A DNA stretch of 34,291 nt from positions 1 through 34,291 of the forward strand of contig JBGQGY010000027.1 in assembly GCA_041497675.1 (NCBI GenBank), given 5' to 3'. Positions 17,925 to 25,244 of this stretch are shown here, piece by piece. Made by a program: the position numbers and the translations under genes. The notes under the pieces are model-generated. The model was not told the origin of the DNA and searched no databases. It saw nothing but the letters and a program-made list of their open reading frames with translations. Position 1 is the stretch's first letter. The number at the start of each line of letters is the position of its first letter. The DNA is from a bacterium. GTDB taxonomy: Bacteria > Sysuimicrobiota > Sysuimicrobiia > Sysuimicrobiales > Humicultoraceae.

Positions 17925-18929
17925 GTGGAGGTAAGCTGGCCGCTCGAGATCGCGAGGGCCGTCGGGCTGGCGGTCGTGATGTTCACCTTCATCGCGGTTG
18001 TCGCCGCGATGCTCGGGGTGCTGCTCGAACGCAAGATCGGCGGATGGATTCAATCCCGGTTGGGACCCAAACACGTCGGGCGCCAGGGTCTGCTGCAGAC
18101 GGTGGCGGACACCATCAAGTTGCTGCAGAAGGAACATATCACCCCGCACGCCGCCGACGGGCTGATCTTCAACACCGCGCCGTTGATCGTCGCCGTCGCC
18201 GGCCTCCTCGACTGGATCGTCATTCCGTTCGGCGTCGTGCACATCGGTGGGACCACGGTGCCGCTGGTGGTCCGGGACCTCAATATCGGCGTGCTCTTCT
18301 TCGCGGCCATGGCGTCCCTGACCGTGGTCGGGATCCTGGCCGGCGGGTTCGCCTCGAACAACAAGTATTCGTTGCTCGGCGGTCTGCGGTCGGCCTCGCA
18401 GATGATCAGCTACGAGTTGCCGCTCGCCACGGCACTCATTGCGGTGGCGATGCAGGCGGGCACGCTTTCGACCGTCGGGATCGTGAAAGCGCAAGAAGGC
18501 TGGTTTGGGTCGTTTGCGTTCTCACAGTTTCCGGCATTTGTCATCTTTCTGATCGCGGCGACCGCGGAAGTCAATCGCGTACCCTTCGATTTGCCGGAGG
18601 CTGAATCGGAACTGGTGGCGGGCTACTTCTCCGAATATACCGGGATGCGCTTCGCCCTGTTCCAGTTGGGCGAGTATGCCGAGATGTTCGCGATGGCGGC
18701 GCTGGCCACCACGCTGTTCCTGGGCGGGTGGAAGGGGCCGCTGCTGCCCCCGCTGATCTGGTTCATGATCAAGATGTACGCGGTGGTGTTCTTCCTGATG
18801 TGGACCCGCTGGACGTTCCCGCGGCTGCGGCTGGACCAGCTGTTGAACCTCTCGTGGAAGGTACTGCTGCCGGCAGGACTCGTCTGGATTCTCCTGACCG
18901 GGTTCGCGATCACGTTTCTGGCCAAGTAA
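17925..18929 (+). CDS. nuoH: NADH-quinone oxidoreductase subunit H
   Basis: ERK....Q.R.GP...G..GLLQ..AD..KLL.KE, SNNKYSLLGGLRSASQMISYE, AEVNRVPFDLPEAESELVAGY..EY.G, R...PR.R.DQL. Confidence 0.96.
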   Translation: MEVSWPLEIARAVGLAVVMFTFIAVVAAMLGVLLERKIGGWIQSRLGPKHVGRQGLLQTVADTIKLLQKEHITPHAADGLIFNTAPLIVAVAGLLDWIVIPFGVVHIGGTTVPLVVRDLNIGVLFFAAMASLTVVGILAGGFASNNKYSLLGGLRSASQMISYELPLATALIAVAMQAGTLSTVGIVKAQEGWFGSFAFSQFPAFVIFLIAATAEVNRVPFDLPEAESELVAGYFSEYTGMRFALFQLGEYAEMFAMAALATTLFLGGWKGPLLPPLIWFMIKMYAVVFFLMWTRWTFPRLRLDQLLNLSWKVLLPAGLVWILLTGFAITFLAK

Positions 18930-18932
18930 CCC

Positions 18933-19424
18933 ATGGGCGAATTGGCGGTCTTTGTCATTCTCTCGGCGATCACGCTGGCGTCGGCCGTCGTGGTCGTGAA
19001 TTCGGGCAACGTCGTGCGCGCGGCCCTGGCGCTTGTGCCCACGTTTCTCGGCGTGACCGGGTTCTATATCATGCTGCAGGCAGAGTTCGTGGCGGGCATC
19101 CAGGTGCTGATCTACGCCGGCGCGATCACGGTGCTGATTCTCTTCGTGATCATGCTGACCGAAGGGGGCACCGGGCAGCGCGTCCGCCAGCGCAACGAGC
19201 AGGTGCCGCTGGGGCTGCTGACGTCGGCGGCGCTGGCGGCGATCCTCATCTCGGTGCTGGCGCGCACCGAGTGGCCGAAGTCGACCGCAACGCTGCCGCA
19301 GTACACCGCGAGCGCGATTGGCACCACGTTTCTCACCGACGCGGTGCTCCCGTTCGAGGTGACCAGCTTGGTGCTGCTCGTTTCGCTGATGGGCGCGATT
19401 ATCATCGCGCGGCGCGAGAAGTAG
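18933..19424 (+). CDS. nuoJ: NADH-quinone oxidoreductase subunit J
   Basis: NVVRAAL.L, LQAEFVAGIQVLIYAGAITVLILFVIML, IG..F....LPFEVTSLVLLVSLMGAIIIAR. Confidence 0.94.
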   Translation: MGELAVFVILSAITLASAVVVVNSGNVVRAALALVPTFLGVTGFYIMLQAEFVAGIQVLIYAGAITVLILFVIMLTEGGTGQRVRQRNEQVPLGLLTSAALAAILISVLARTEWPKSTATLPQYTASAIGTTFLTDAVLPFEVTSLVLLVSLMGAIIIARREK

Positions 19425-19444
19425 AGACGGGGAGGGGCGGGCGC

Positions 19445-19756
19445 GTGCAGGTCGGTCTCACGCACTACCTGGTGGTCAGCGCGCTGCTGTTCTGCTTGGG
19501 CCTTTACGCGATGCTCACCCGCCGGAACGCCGTAGCGATCCTGATGGGCGTCGAGTTGATGCTCAACGCGGCCAACGTCAACCTGGTGGCGTTCAACAAG
19601 TTCGTCGCACCGGCGGCGGTGTCGGGGCAGGTATTCGCCCTAGTGGTGATCACTCTGGCCGCGTGCGAGGCGGGGGTAGGCCTGGCGCTCGTGATGGCCG
19701 CCTATCGCAACCTCGAGACGATTCACGTCGATGAGATCAATGTGATGAAGTGGTAG
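19445..19756 (+). CDS. nuoK: NADH-quinone oxidoreductase subunit K
   Basis: 3' part of ORF 18728..19756: YLVVSALLFCLG...RRN...LMGVELMLNAANVN, GQVFAL....AACEAGVGLA; SD GGAGGG before GTG 19445. Confidence 0.95.
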   Translation: MQVGLTHYLVVSALLFCLGLYAMLTRRNAVAILMGVELMLNAANVNLVAFNKFVAPAAVSGQVFALVVITLAACEAGVGLALVMAAYRNLETIHVDEINVMKW

Positions 19757-19760
19757 GCTG

Positions 19761-21704
19761 ATGCTCAACCTGGCGTGGCTGATCCCGCTGTTCCCGCTTG
19801 CGGCCTTCGTGCTGATCATCTGGCGCGGCCGCCGGCTTCCCGGTGAGGGCGCTTACATCGCGGTGGCCGGCATGGCCCTGGCCGCGGCGATGTCCATCGG
19901 GATCTTGTTCAACATGCTCGGCCACCCCCAGCCGGTCGACATGAACGTGAAATGGATGATGTTGGGCACGGTGCCGCTGGAGCTCGGGATCAGGGTCGAC
20001 CAGTTGACCACGATCATGTTGCTCGTGGTAACAGTTGTTGGGTCGATGATCTTTACGTACTCGATCGGGTACATGCACGGTGATCCGCGCTATCCTCGGT
20101 TCTTCGCCTATTTGTCATTGTTTGGCTTTTCGATGCTCGTGCTGGTGCTGGCGAACAATCTCCTGCTGCTCTACGCGGGGTGGGAGCTTGTCGGGCTGTG
20201 CTCGTACCTGCTGATCGGTTTCTATTTCGAGAAGCCGTCGGCGGCGCGGGCGTCGATGAAGGCGTTCTTGACCACGCGCGTCGGCGACTTCTTCATGTTT
20301 CTGGGGATCTTGCTGATCTTCTTCCACCTGGGGACGTTTCGGTTCGAAGAGATCTTCACCAAAGTGCATGAAGGGGCGCTCAAGGACTTGACCGTGGGTG
20401 GGTGGCCGCTCCTCACCGTGGCCGCGGTGCTGCTTTTTGGCGGCGCCGTGGGCAAATCGGCGCAGGTGCCGCTTCATACCTGGCTGCCGGACGCGATGGA
20501 GGGCCCGACACCCGTTTCAGCCCTGATCCACGCCGCGACCATGGTGGCCGCGGGCGTGTATCTGGTCGCGCGTACCTACACGCTGTTTTTCGCGTCGACG
20601 GGCCAGGAAGCGCTGCACGTGGTCGCCTGGATCGGGGGCATCACGGCGCTGATGGCTGCGACCATCGGGGTCGTCCAAAACGACATCAAACGCGTGCTGG
20701 CCTATTCGACCATCAGCCAACTCGGGCTGATGATGATGGGTTTGGGCGTGCTGGGGTATACGGCGGGCATGTTCCACTTGATGACGCATGCCTTCTTCAA
20801 GGCGCTGTTGTTCCTGGGCGCGGGTAGTGTCATCCATGCCATGCACACGAACGACATCAAGGACATGGGCGGTCTGGCCAAGGTCATGCCGTCGACGTAC
20901 TGGACCTTCCTGATCGGCACGCTCGCACTGGCCGGCGTGTTCCCGTTTGCCGGCTTCTGGAGCAAGGACGAAATCCTGTTGGAGGCGTTCCACCACAACA
21001 CGGCGCTTTTTGCGATGGGCGCGCTCACCTCGTTTCTGACGGCGTTCTACATGTTCCGCGTCATCTTCTACACGTTCACGGGGACGCTGCGCAGCCATTC
21101 CGCGCATCCGCATGAGAGTCCAAACGTCATGACCCGGCCGCTGTGGGTGCTGGCAATCTTCTCGGTGTTCATCGGCCTGGTCGGGGCGCCGTTCCTGGGG
21201 AACCCGTTCCACAAGTTCATCCACTTCGAAGGCATCGAGGCGATTCCGTTCGACGTGACGCTGGCACTCGCGTCACTCGCGATTGCGGGGGCCGGGATCC
21301 TTTCCGCGGCGGCCGTGTACTACTGGAAGGTCATCCCGTCTGCGTCGCTGCGCCGGGCCGTGGGGCCGCTGCACGCCCTGGTCGTCAACAAGTACTACTT
21401 CGACGAAGTGTACCAGGCCGTGTTTGTGCGCGGGACGCTGTGGATCGGCCAAGCGCTGCGCGCGTTCGACGTCTACGTCATCGACATGCTGGTGAACATG
21501 GTGGGGCTCGGCGGTATCGGGCTGGCAAACCTCTACGGGTGGTTTGACACTCACATCGTAGATGGCATGGTGAACTTGACGGCCTACGTGGTGGGCGCCG
21601 CGGGCGGGCGGCTGCGGTACTGGCAGACCGGACGCGCACAGAACTACCTGCTCGTGATCGCGCTCGGCGTGATCATTTTAGTCGCGGCCGGGCTGCTCCG
21701 GTGA
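19761..21704 (+). CDS. nuoL: NADH-quinone oxidoreductase subunit L with lengthened lateral helix
   Basis: YSIGYM, RFFAY..LF, GWELVGLCSYLLIGF, GKSAQVPLHTWLPDAMEGPTPVSALIHAATMV, DIKRVLAYSTISQLG, HLMTHAFFK, GFWSKDEI, QTG..QNY. Confidence 0.96.
   Translation: MLNLAWLIPLFPLAAFVLIIWRGRRLPGEGAYIAVAGMALAAAMSIGILFNMLGHPQPVDMNVKWMMLGTVPLELGIRVDQLTTIMLLVVTVVGSMIFTYSIGYMHGDPRYPRFFAYLSLFGFSMLVLVLANNLLLLYAGWELVGLCSYLLIGFYFEKPSAARASMKAFLTTRVGDFFMFLGILLIFFHLGTFRFEEIFTKVHEGALKDLTVGGWPLLTVAAVLLFGGAVGKSAQVPLHTWLPDAMEGPTPVSALIHAATMVAAGVYLVARTYTLFFASTGQEALHVVAWIGGITALMAATIGVVQNDIKRVLAYSTISQLGLMMMGLGVLGYTAGMFHLMTHAFFKALLFLGAGSVIHAMHTNDIKDMGGLAKVMPSTYWTFLIGTLALAGVFPFAGFWSKDEILLEAFHHNTALFAMGALTSFLTAFYMFRVIFYTFTGTLRSHSAHPHESPNVMTRPLWVLAIFSVFIGLVGAPFLGNPFHKFIHFEGIEAIPFDVTLALASLAIAGAGILSAAAVYYWKVIPSASLRRAVGPLHALVVNKYYFDEVYQAVFVRGTLWIGQALRAFDVYVIDMLVNMVGLGGIGLANLYGWFDTHIVDGMVNLTAYVVGAAGGRLRYWQTGRAQNYLLVIALGVIILVAAGLLR
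21465..21620 (+). repeat. Degenerate 78-bp (26-aa) tandem repeat in the NuoL lateral helix
   Basis: FDVYVIDMLVNMVGLGGIGLANLYGW (from 21465) and FDTHIVDGMVNLTAYVVGAAGGRLRY (from 21543); TGGTGAAC recurs at 21490 and 21568, 78 bp apart. Confidence 0.85.
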
Positions 21705-21768
21705 CCACGCTTGTCCCGAGGCCGGTTGAGCACATCTCGTGTTGTTATATGAGGAGGACATTGGGCTG

Positions 21769-23277
21769 ATGGAGAGCCACCTGCTGACGATCACCGTGTT
21801 CCTCCCGCTGCTTGGCGGGCTGGTCGTCTTGCTGATTCCCAAGCAACACGAAGCCACGATGAAGCAGGTGGCCCTGATTGCCGCAGTGCTGGCGTTTCTG
21901 GCGTCGCTGTGGCTGTTGGGTGTCTTCGAGATCGGCAAGGCCGGGATGCAACTCCAGGAGCGGTTCCTGTGGGTTCCCGGTATCGGCGCGAACTACCACC
22001 TGGGGATCGACGGACTCAGCCTCCCCCTGATCATCCTCACGACGCTACTCTCTCTGCTCTCCATCGTGTACTCCTGGCGCATCGACATGCGTCTCAAAGA
22101 GTATCTGTTCCTCTTCCTGCTGCTGGAGACCGGTATGCTGGGCGTGTTCGTCGCGCTCGACTTCTTCCTGTTCTACGTGTTCTGGGAAATCACGCTGGTG
22201 CCTATGTACTTCTTGATCGGCATCTGGGGCGGGCCGCGCCGCGAGTACGCGGCCATCAAGTTCTTCCTCTACACGCTGGTCGGCTCGCTCGCCATGCTGC
22301 TGGCCATCCTGCTGCTGTACTTCAACGCCGACCCGCACACGTTTGGCATTCTCGAGTTGATCAAGCAGCAGCCGCTGGCCAAGGCGCCGGTTCTGGCGGG
22401 CCTGGCGTTCTGGGGATTCTTCCTCTCGTTCGCCATCAAAGTGCCGATGTGGCCGTTCCATACCTGGCTGCCCGATGCCCACGTCGAGGCGCCGACGGCC
22501 GGCAGCGTGATCCTGGCGGGTGTCCTGCTGAAACTCGGGACCTACGGCTTCATCCGGGTTAGCCTCCCGATGCTGCCCGAGGCGTTCAAGGAGTTCGCAC
22601 CGATCGTCGCCATCCTCGCGCTTATCGGCATCGTCTACGGCGCGCTGGTGGCCATGGCGCAACCCGACTTGAAGAAGCTCGTCGCGTACTCGAGCGTGAA
22701 CCACATGGGCTACGTCATGCTGGGCATCTCGGCCGCGGCCGCCGCCGTTGGGGTGCCCGAAAAGGCCCACGCGGCGACCATCGCCCTCAACGGGGCTGTG
22801 TTTGAGATGATCGCGCACGGCGTAATTACCGGCGCGTTATTCTTGATCGTCGGCGTGATCTATGACTACCGGGCGCACACCCGCGGCGTCAACGACTTCG
22901 GCGGTCTGGGCGCGCGGCTCCCCGTCTATACCGGCGTGACCATGGTCGCGATGCTGGCGTCGTTGGGTCTGCCGGGGTTGATGGGATTCGTCGCTGAGTT
23001 CCTGATCTTTGTCGGATCGTTCGGCATCTTTCCGCTCCTGACGACGGCGGCCGTGACGGGCGTGATCTTCTCTGCCGCGATGTTTCTCTGGACCATCCAG
23101 CGCATCTTCTTGGGCCCGCTGAATCCCAAGTGGGCCGATCTGGCCGACATCGATCGGCGGGAGGTGCTGGCGCTGGCCCCGCTGGCCGCGCTCATGCTGC
23201 TCTTCGGGGTGTATCCGAAGCCGCTGCTGGACATGATCAATGCCGCGATGACGACGTTGATGACCGTCGTCAAGTAG
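21769..23277 (+). CDS. nuoM: NADH-quinone oxidoreductase subunit M
   Basis: LGIDGLS, FYVFWE..LVPMYFLIGIWG, AAIKFFLYT, AIKVPMWPFHTWLPDAHVEAPTAGSVILAGVLLKLG.YG, KKLVAYSSVNHMG, GLPGLMGFVAEF; SD GAGGAGG 21751-21757 supports ATG 21769. Confidence 0.96.
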   Translation: MESHLLTITVFLPLLGGLVVLLIPKQHEATMKQVALIAAVLAFLASLWLLGVFEIGKAGMQLQERFLWVPGIGANYHLGIDGLSLPLIILTTLLSLLSIVYSWRIDMRLKEYLFLFLLLETGMLGVFVALDFFLFYVFWEITLVPMYFLIGIWGGPRREYAAIKFFLYTLVGSLAMLLAILLLYFNADPHTFGILELIKQQPLAKAPVLAGLAFWGFFLSFAIKVPMWPFHTWLPDAHVEAPTAGSVILAGVLLKLGTYGFIRVSLPMLPEAFKEFAPIVAILALIGIVYGALVAMAQPDLKKLVAYSSVNHMGYVMLGISAAAAAVGVPEKAHAATIALNGAVFEMIAHGVITGALFLIVGVIYDYRAHTRGVNDFGGLGARLPVYTGVTMVAMLASLGLPGLMGFVAEFLIFVGSFGIFPLLTTAAVTGVIFSAAMFLWTIQRIFLGPLNPKWADLADIDRREVLALAPLAALMLLFGVYPKPLLDMINAAMTTLMTVVK

Positions 23278-23287
23278 AGTCGGGTCG

Positions 23288-24730
23288 ATGCGGATCCCTG
23301 TCGAAGAACTGGCCCTGCTGGCCCCGGAGTACTGGCTCGCCGCCCTCGGGGTCCTGCTGGTCCTCCTGGATCTCTTCACAGCGGATGACCAGAAAGTGAT
23401 CGTCGGGTGGGCGGCCATCGCGGGTCTGGCGCTGAGTCTGATCCCGATCCTCGGGATGTTCGGCGCTCCCGGCCGGACCGTCTTTTTCAATACGTACGCC
23501 GTCGACGGGTTTGCGGTCTTCTTCAAGATCATCATCGTCGTCTCGACGATCCTGGTGATCCTCGCGGCCATGGACTACTTCCGCGGGCAGACCCGGTTCG
23601 AGGGCGAAGTGTACATTTTGATGACCTTTGCCGCGCTGGGGCTGTTCTTGATGGCGGGCAGCGCCGATTTGATCCTGCTGGCGCTGTCGATCGAGTTCGT
23701 GAGCCTGGCGTCGTACGTCATGGCCGGGTACTTCAAGATGAACGCCAAGAGCAACGAGGCCGGTATCAAGTACTTTCTCTTCGGCGCCGGCGCGTCGGCC
23801 CTGATGATCTATGGGTTTTCCATCCTCTACGGCCTGACCGGTGAGACCGGCCTCTACGCGATCGCCGAAAAGGTGAAGTCGAGCCCGCAGCCCGCGCTCA
23901 TCGTTGCGATCGGTTTGGCGCTGGCCGGGTTTGGCTTCAAGATCTCGATGGTCCCGTTCCACCAGTGGACGCCGGACGTCTATGAGGGCGCGCCGACACC
24001 GATCGCGGCGTACCTGTCGGTGGCGTCGAAGGCCGCCGGGATCGCGGCGCTCGTGCGTCTGCTGCTGGTGTCGGTCGCGCCGAGCGCGGTGGATTGGGTC
24101 ACGCTCATCGCGGGGCTGTCGGCGCTCAGCATGACCGTCGGCAACCTCATGGCCCTGCCGCAACGCAACATCAAGCGCATGCTGGCCTATTCGAGCATCT
24201 CGCATGCCGGCTTTCTCTTGATGGGTGTCGCCGCGTATAAGGGGACCTTCGGGGCGCCGGGCTTGCTGATCTACATCCTCGCCTACACCTTTACGAATCT
24301 CGGCGCGTTTTTCGTTGCGACCCAAGTCGAGGAACGACTGCGGTCCGAAAGCATTTCCGACTATGCCGGGCTGGCCCAGCGCTCACCGATGCTGGCGTTC
24401 CTGATGGCGTTGTTCATGTTGTCCCTGACCGGCATCCCGCCGACCGCGGGGTTCTTTGGAAAGTTCTACATCTTTGGGGCCGCTATCAACAACGGTCTCC
24501 TGTGGTTGGCGATCGTCGGGATCGTGAACAGCACCATCTCGCTCTACTACTACGTGGCGGTGATTCGCGCCATGTACCTCCTGCCGCCCGCCTCTTCAGA
24601 ACGCATCGCCGAAACGCCCGCGCTCGGCGTCGCCCTTGCTATCACCGGGGTGGCCACGCTGGTCATGGGCATCTTCCCCCAACCATTCATCGACCTCGTC
24701 GGGAAGGCAGCGTTGTTCTTGCGCTTCTGA
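23288..24730 (+). CDS. nuoN: NADH-quinone oxidoreductase subunit N
   Basis: SIEFVSL.SY, SNEAGIKYF, GFKISMVPFHQWTPDVYEGAPTP, ASKAA, NIKRMLAYSSISHAG, SLTGIPPTAGFFGKFY, SLYYY. Confidence 0.96.
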   Translation: MRIPVEELALLAPEYWLAALGVLLVLLDLFTADDQKVIVGWAAIAGLALSLIPILGMFGAPGRTVFFNTYAVDGFAVFFKIIIVVSTILVILAAMDYFRGQTRFEGEVYILMTFAALGLFLMAGSADLILLALSIEFVSLASYVMAGYFKMNAKSNEAGIKYFLFGAGASALMIYGFSILYGLTGETGLYAIAEKVKSSPQPALIVAIGLALAGFGFKISMVPFHQWTPDVYEGAPTPIAAYLSVASKAAGIAALVRLLLVSVAPSAVDWVTLIAGLSALSMTVGNLMALPQRNIKRMLAYSSISHAGFLLMGVAAYKGTFGAPGLLIYILAYTFTNLGAFFVATQVEERLRSESISDYAGLAQRSPMLAFLMALFMLSLTGIPPTAGFFGKFYIFGAAINNGLLWLAIVGIVNSTISLYYYVAVIRAMYLLPPASSERIAETPALGVALAITGVATLVMGIFPQPFIDLVGKAALFLRF

Positions 24731-24752
24731 GACGAAGCGCGTGACGGTCTGA

Positions 24753-24784
24753 AAGCCGCGTCAGGACTGCGTCGCGGCTTCTTG
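24753..24784 (+). terminator. Hairpin after nuoN, possible weak terminator
   Basis: AAGCCGCG (24753-24760)/CGCGGCTT (24773-24780) with only a short U-containing tail; a further hairpin GCGCTTC/GAAGCGC (24721-24740) spans the nuoN stop. Confidence 0.4.
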
Positions 24785-24811
24785 ACGCGTCCTGGGAGCG
24801 TTTGTTACCAT
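24782..24811 (+). promoter_or_regulatory. Sigma70-type promoter of the V/A-ATPase operon
   Basis: TTGACG (24782-24787), 18-bp spacer, extended -10 TGtTACCAT (24803-24811). Confidence 0.65.
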
Positions 24812-24825
24812 GGCGTAGGTGTGTG

Positions 24826-24856
24826 CCCCCAGGGCGCCGCGTCCTGGGGGTTTCTT
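24826..24856 (+). terminator. Terminator-like hairpin in the ATPase leader
   Basis: CCCCCAGGGCG-ccg-CGTCCTGGGGG (11 bp, one G-U pair) followed by TTTCTT. Confidence 0.5.
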
Positions 24857-24884
24857 GTGACGAATCGCCGAGGGCCAGGGTCGC

Positions 24885-25241
24885 ATGAGCACGCATAAGG
24901 CGGATCACGGGCACGACCATCGCACCGGCGACCATCTCCTCAACCTCATCGCCGAGAAAGAACGAGAGCTTGAAGGCCGCGTCAGCGCCGCACGCCAGGA
25001 GGCGGCGTCGATCGCCGCCCAGGCGCGCACCGAAGCCGAGCGCATCTTGTCCGAGACCCGCCAGCAGATGGTGGTCTTGACCCGCGAGCACGAGCAGCGT
25101 CTTGAAGCCGAGACCGCCCGGATCCAGCGCGAACTCATGAGCCAAGGCCGCGCTAATGTCGAGACGCTCCGCCGGCAGGCGGCGTCCCGCCGCGCGGCAG
25201 CCGTCCAGCTCGTCGTCGACCACGTCATCACAGGCGTTTGA
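24885..25241 (+). CDS. V/A-type ATP synthase peripheral stalk subunit G (also named H)
   Basis: Charged, Ala-rich coiled coil (IAEKERELEGRVSAARQEAASIAAQARTEAERIL); first gene of the operon as in Thermus. Confidence 0.8.
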   Translation: MSTHKADHGHDHRTGDHLLNLIAEKERELEGRVSAARQEAASIAAQARTEAERILSETRQQMVVLTREHEQRLEAETARIQRELMSQGRANVETLRRQAASRRAAAVQLVVDHVITGV

Positions 25242-25244
25242 CCC

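Noticed and set aside
18728..19444. Long N-terminal extension of NuoK, or a hidden nuoI
   Set aside because: Off-frame overlap with nuoH and nuoJ, no CxxCxxC ferredoxin motifs, and a good SD precedes GTG 19445.
19761..24730. L-M-N as an Mrp antiporter or a hydrogenase membrane module
   Set aside because: NuoA, H, J and K are present in nuo order with complex I motifs; no MrpE/F/G or hydrogenase subunits.
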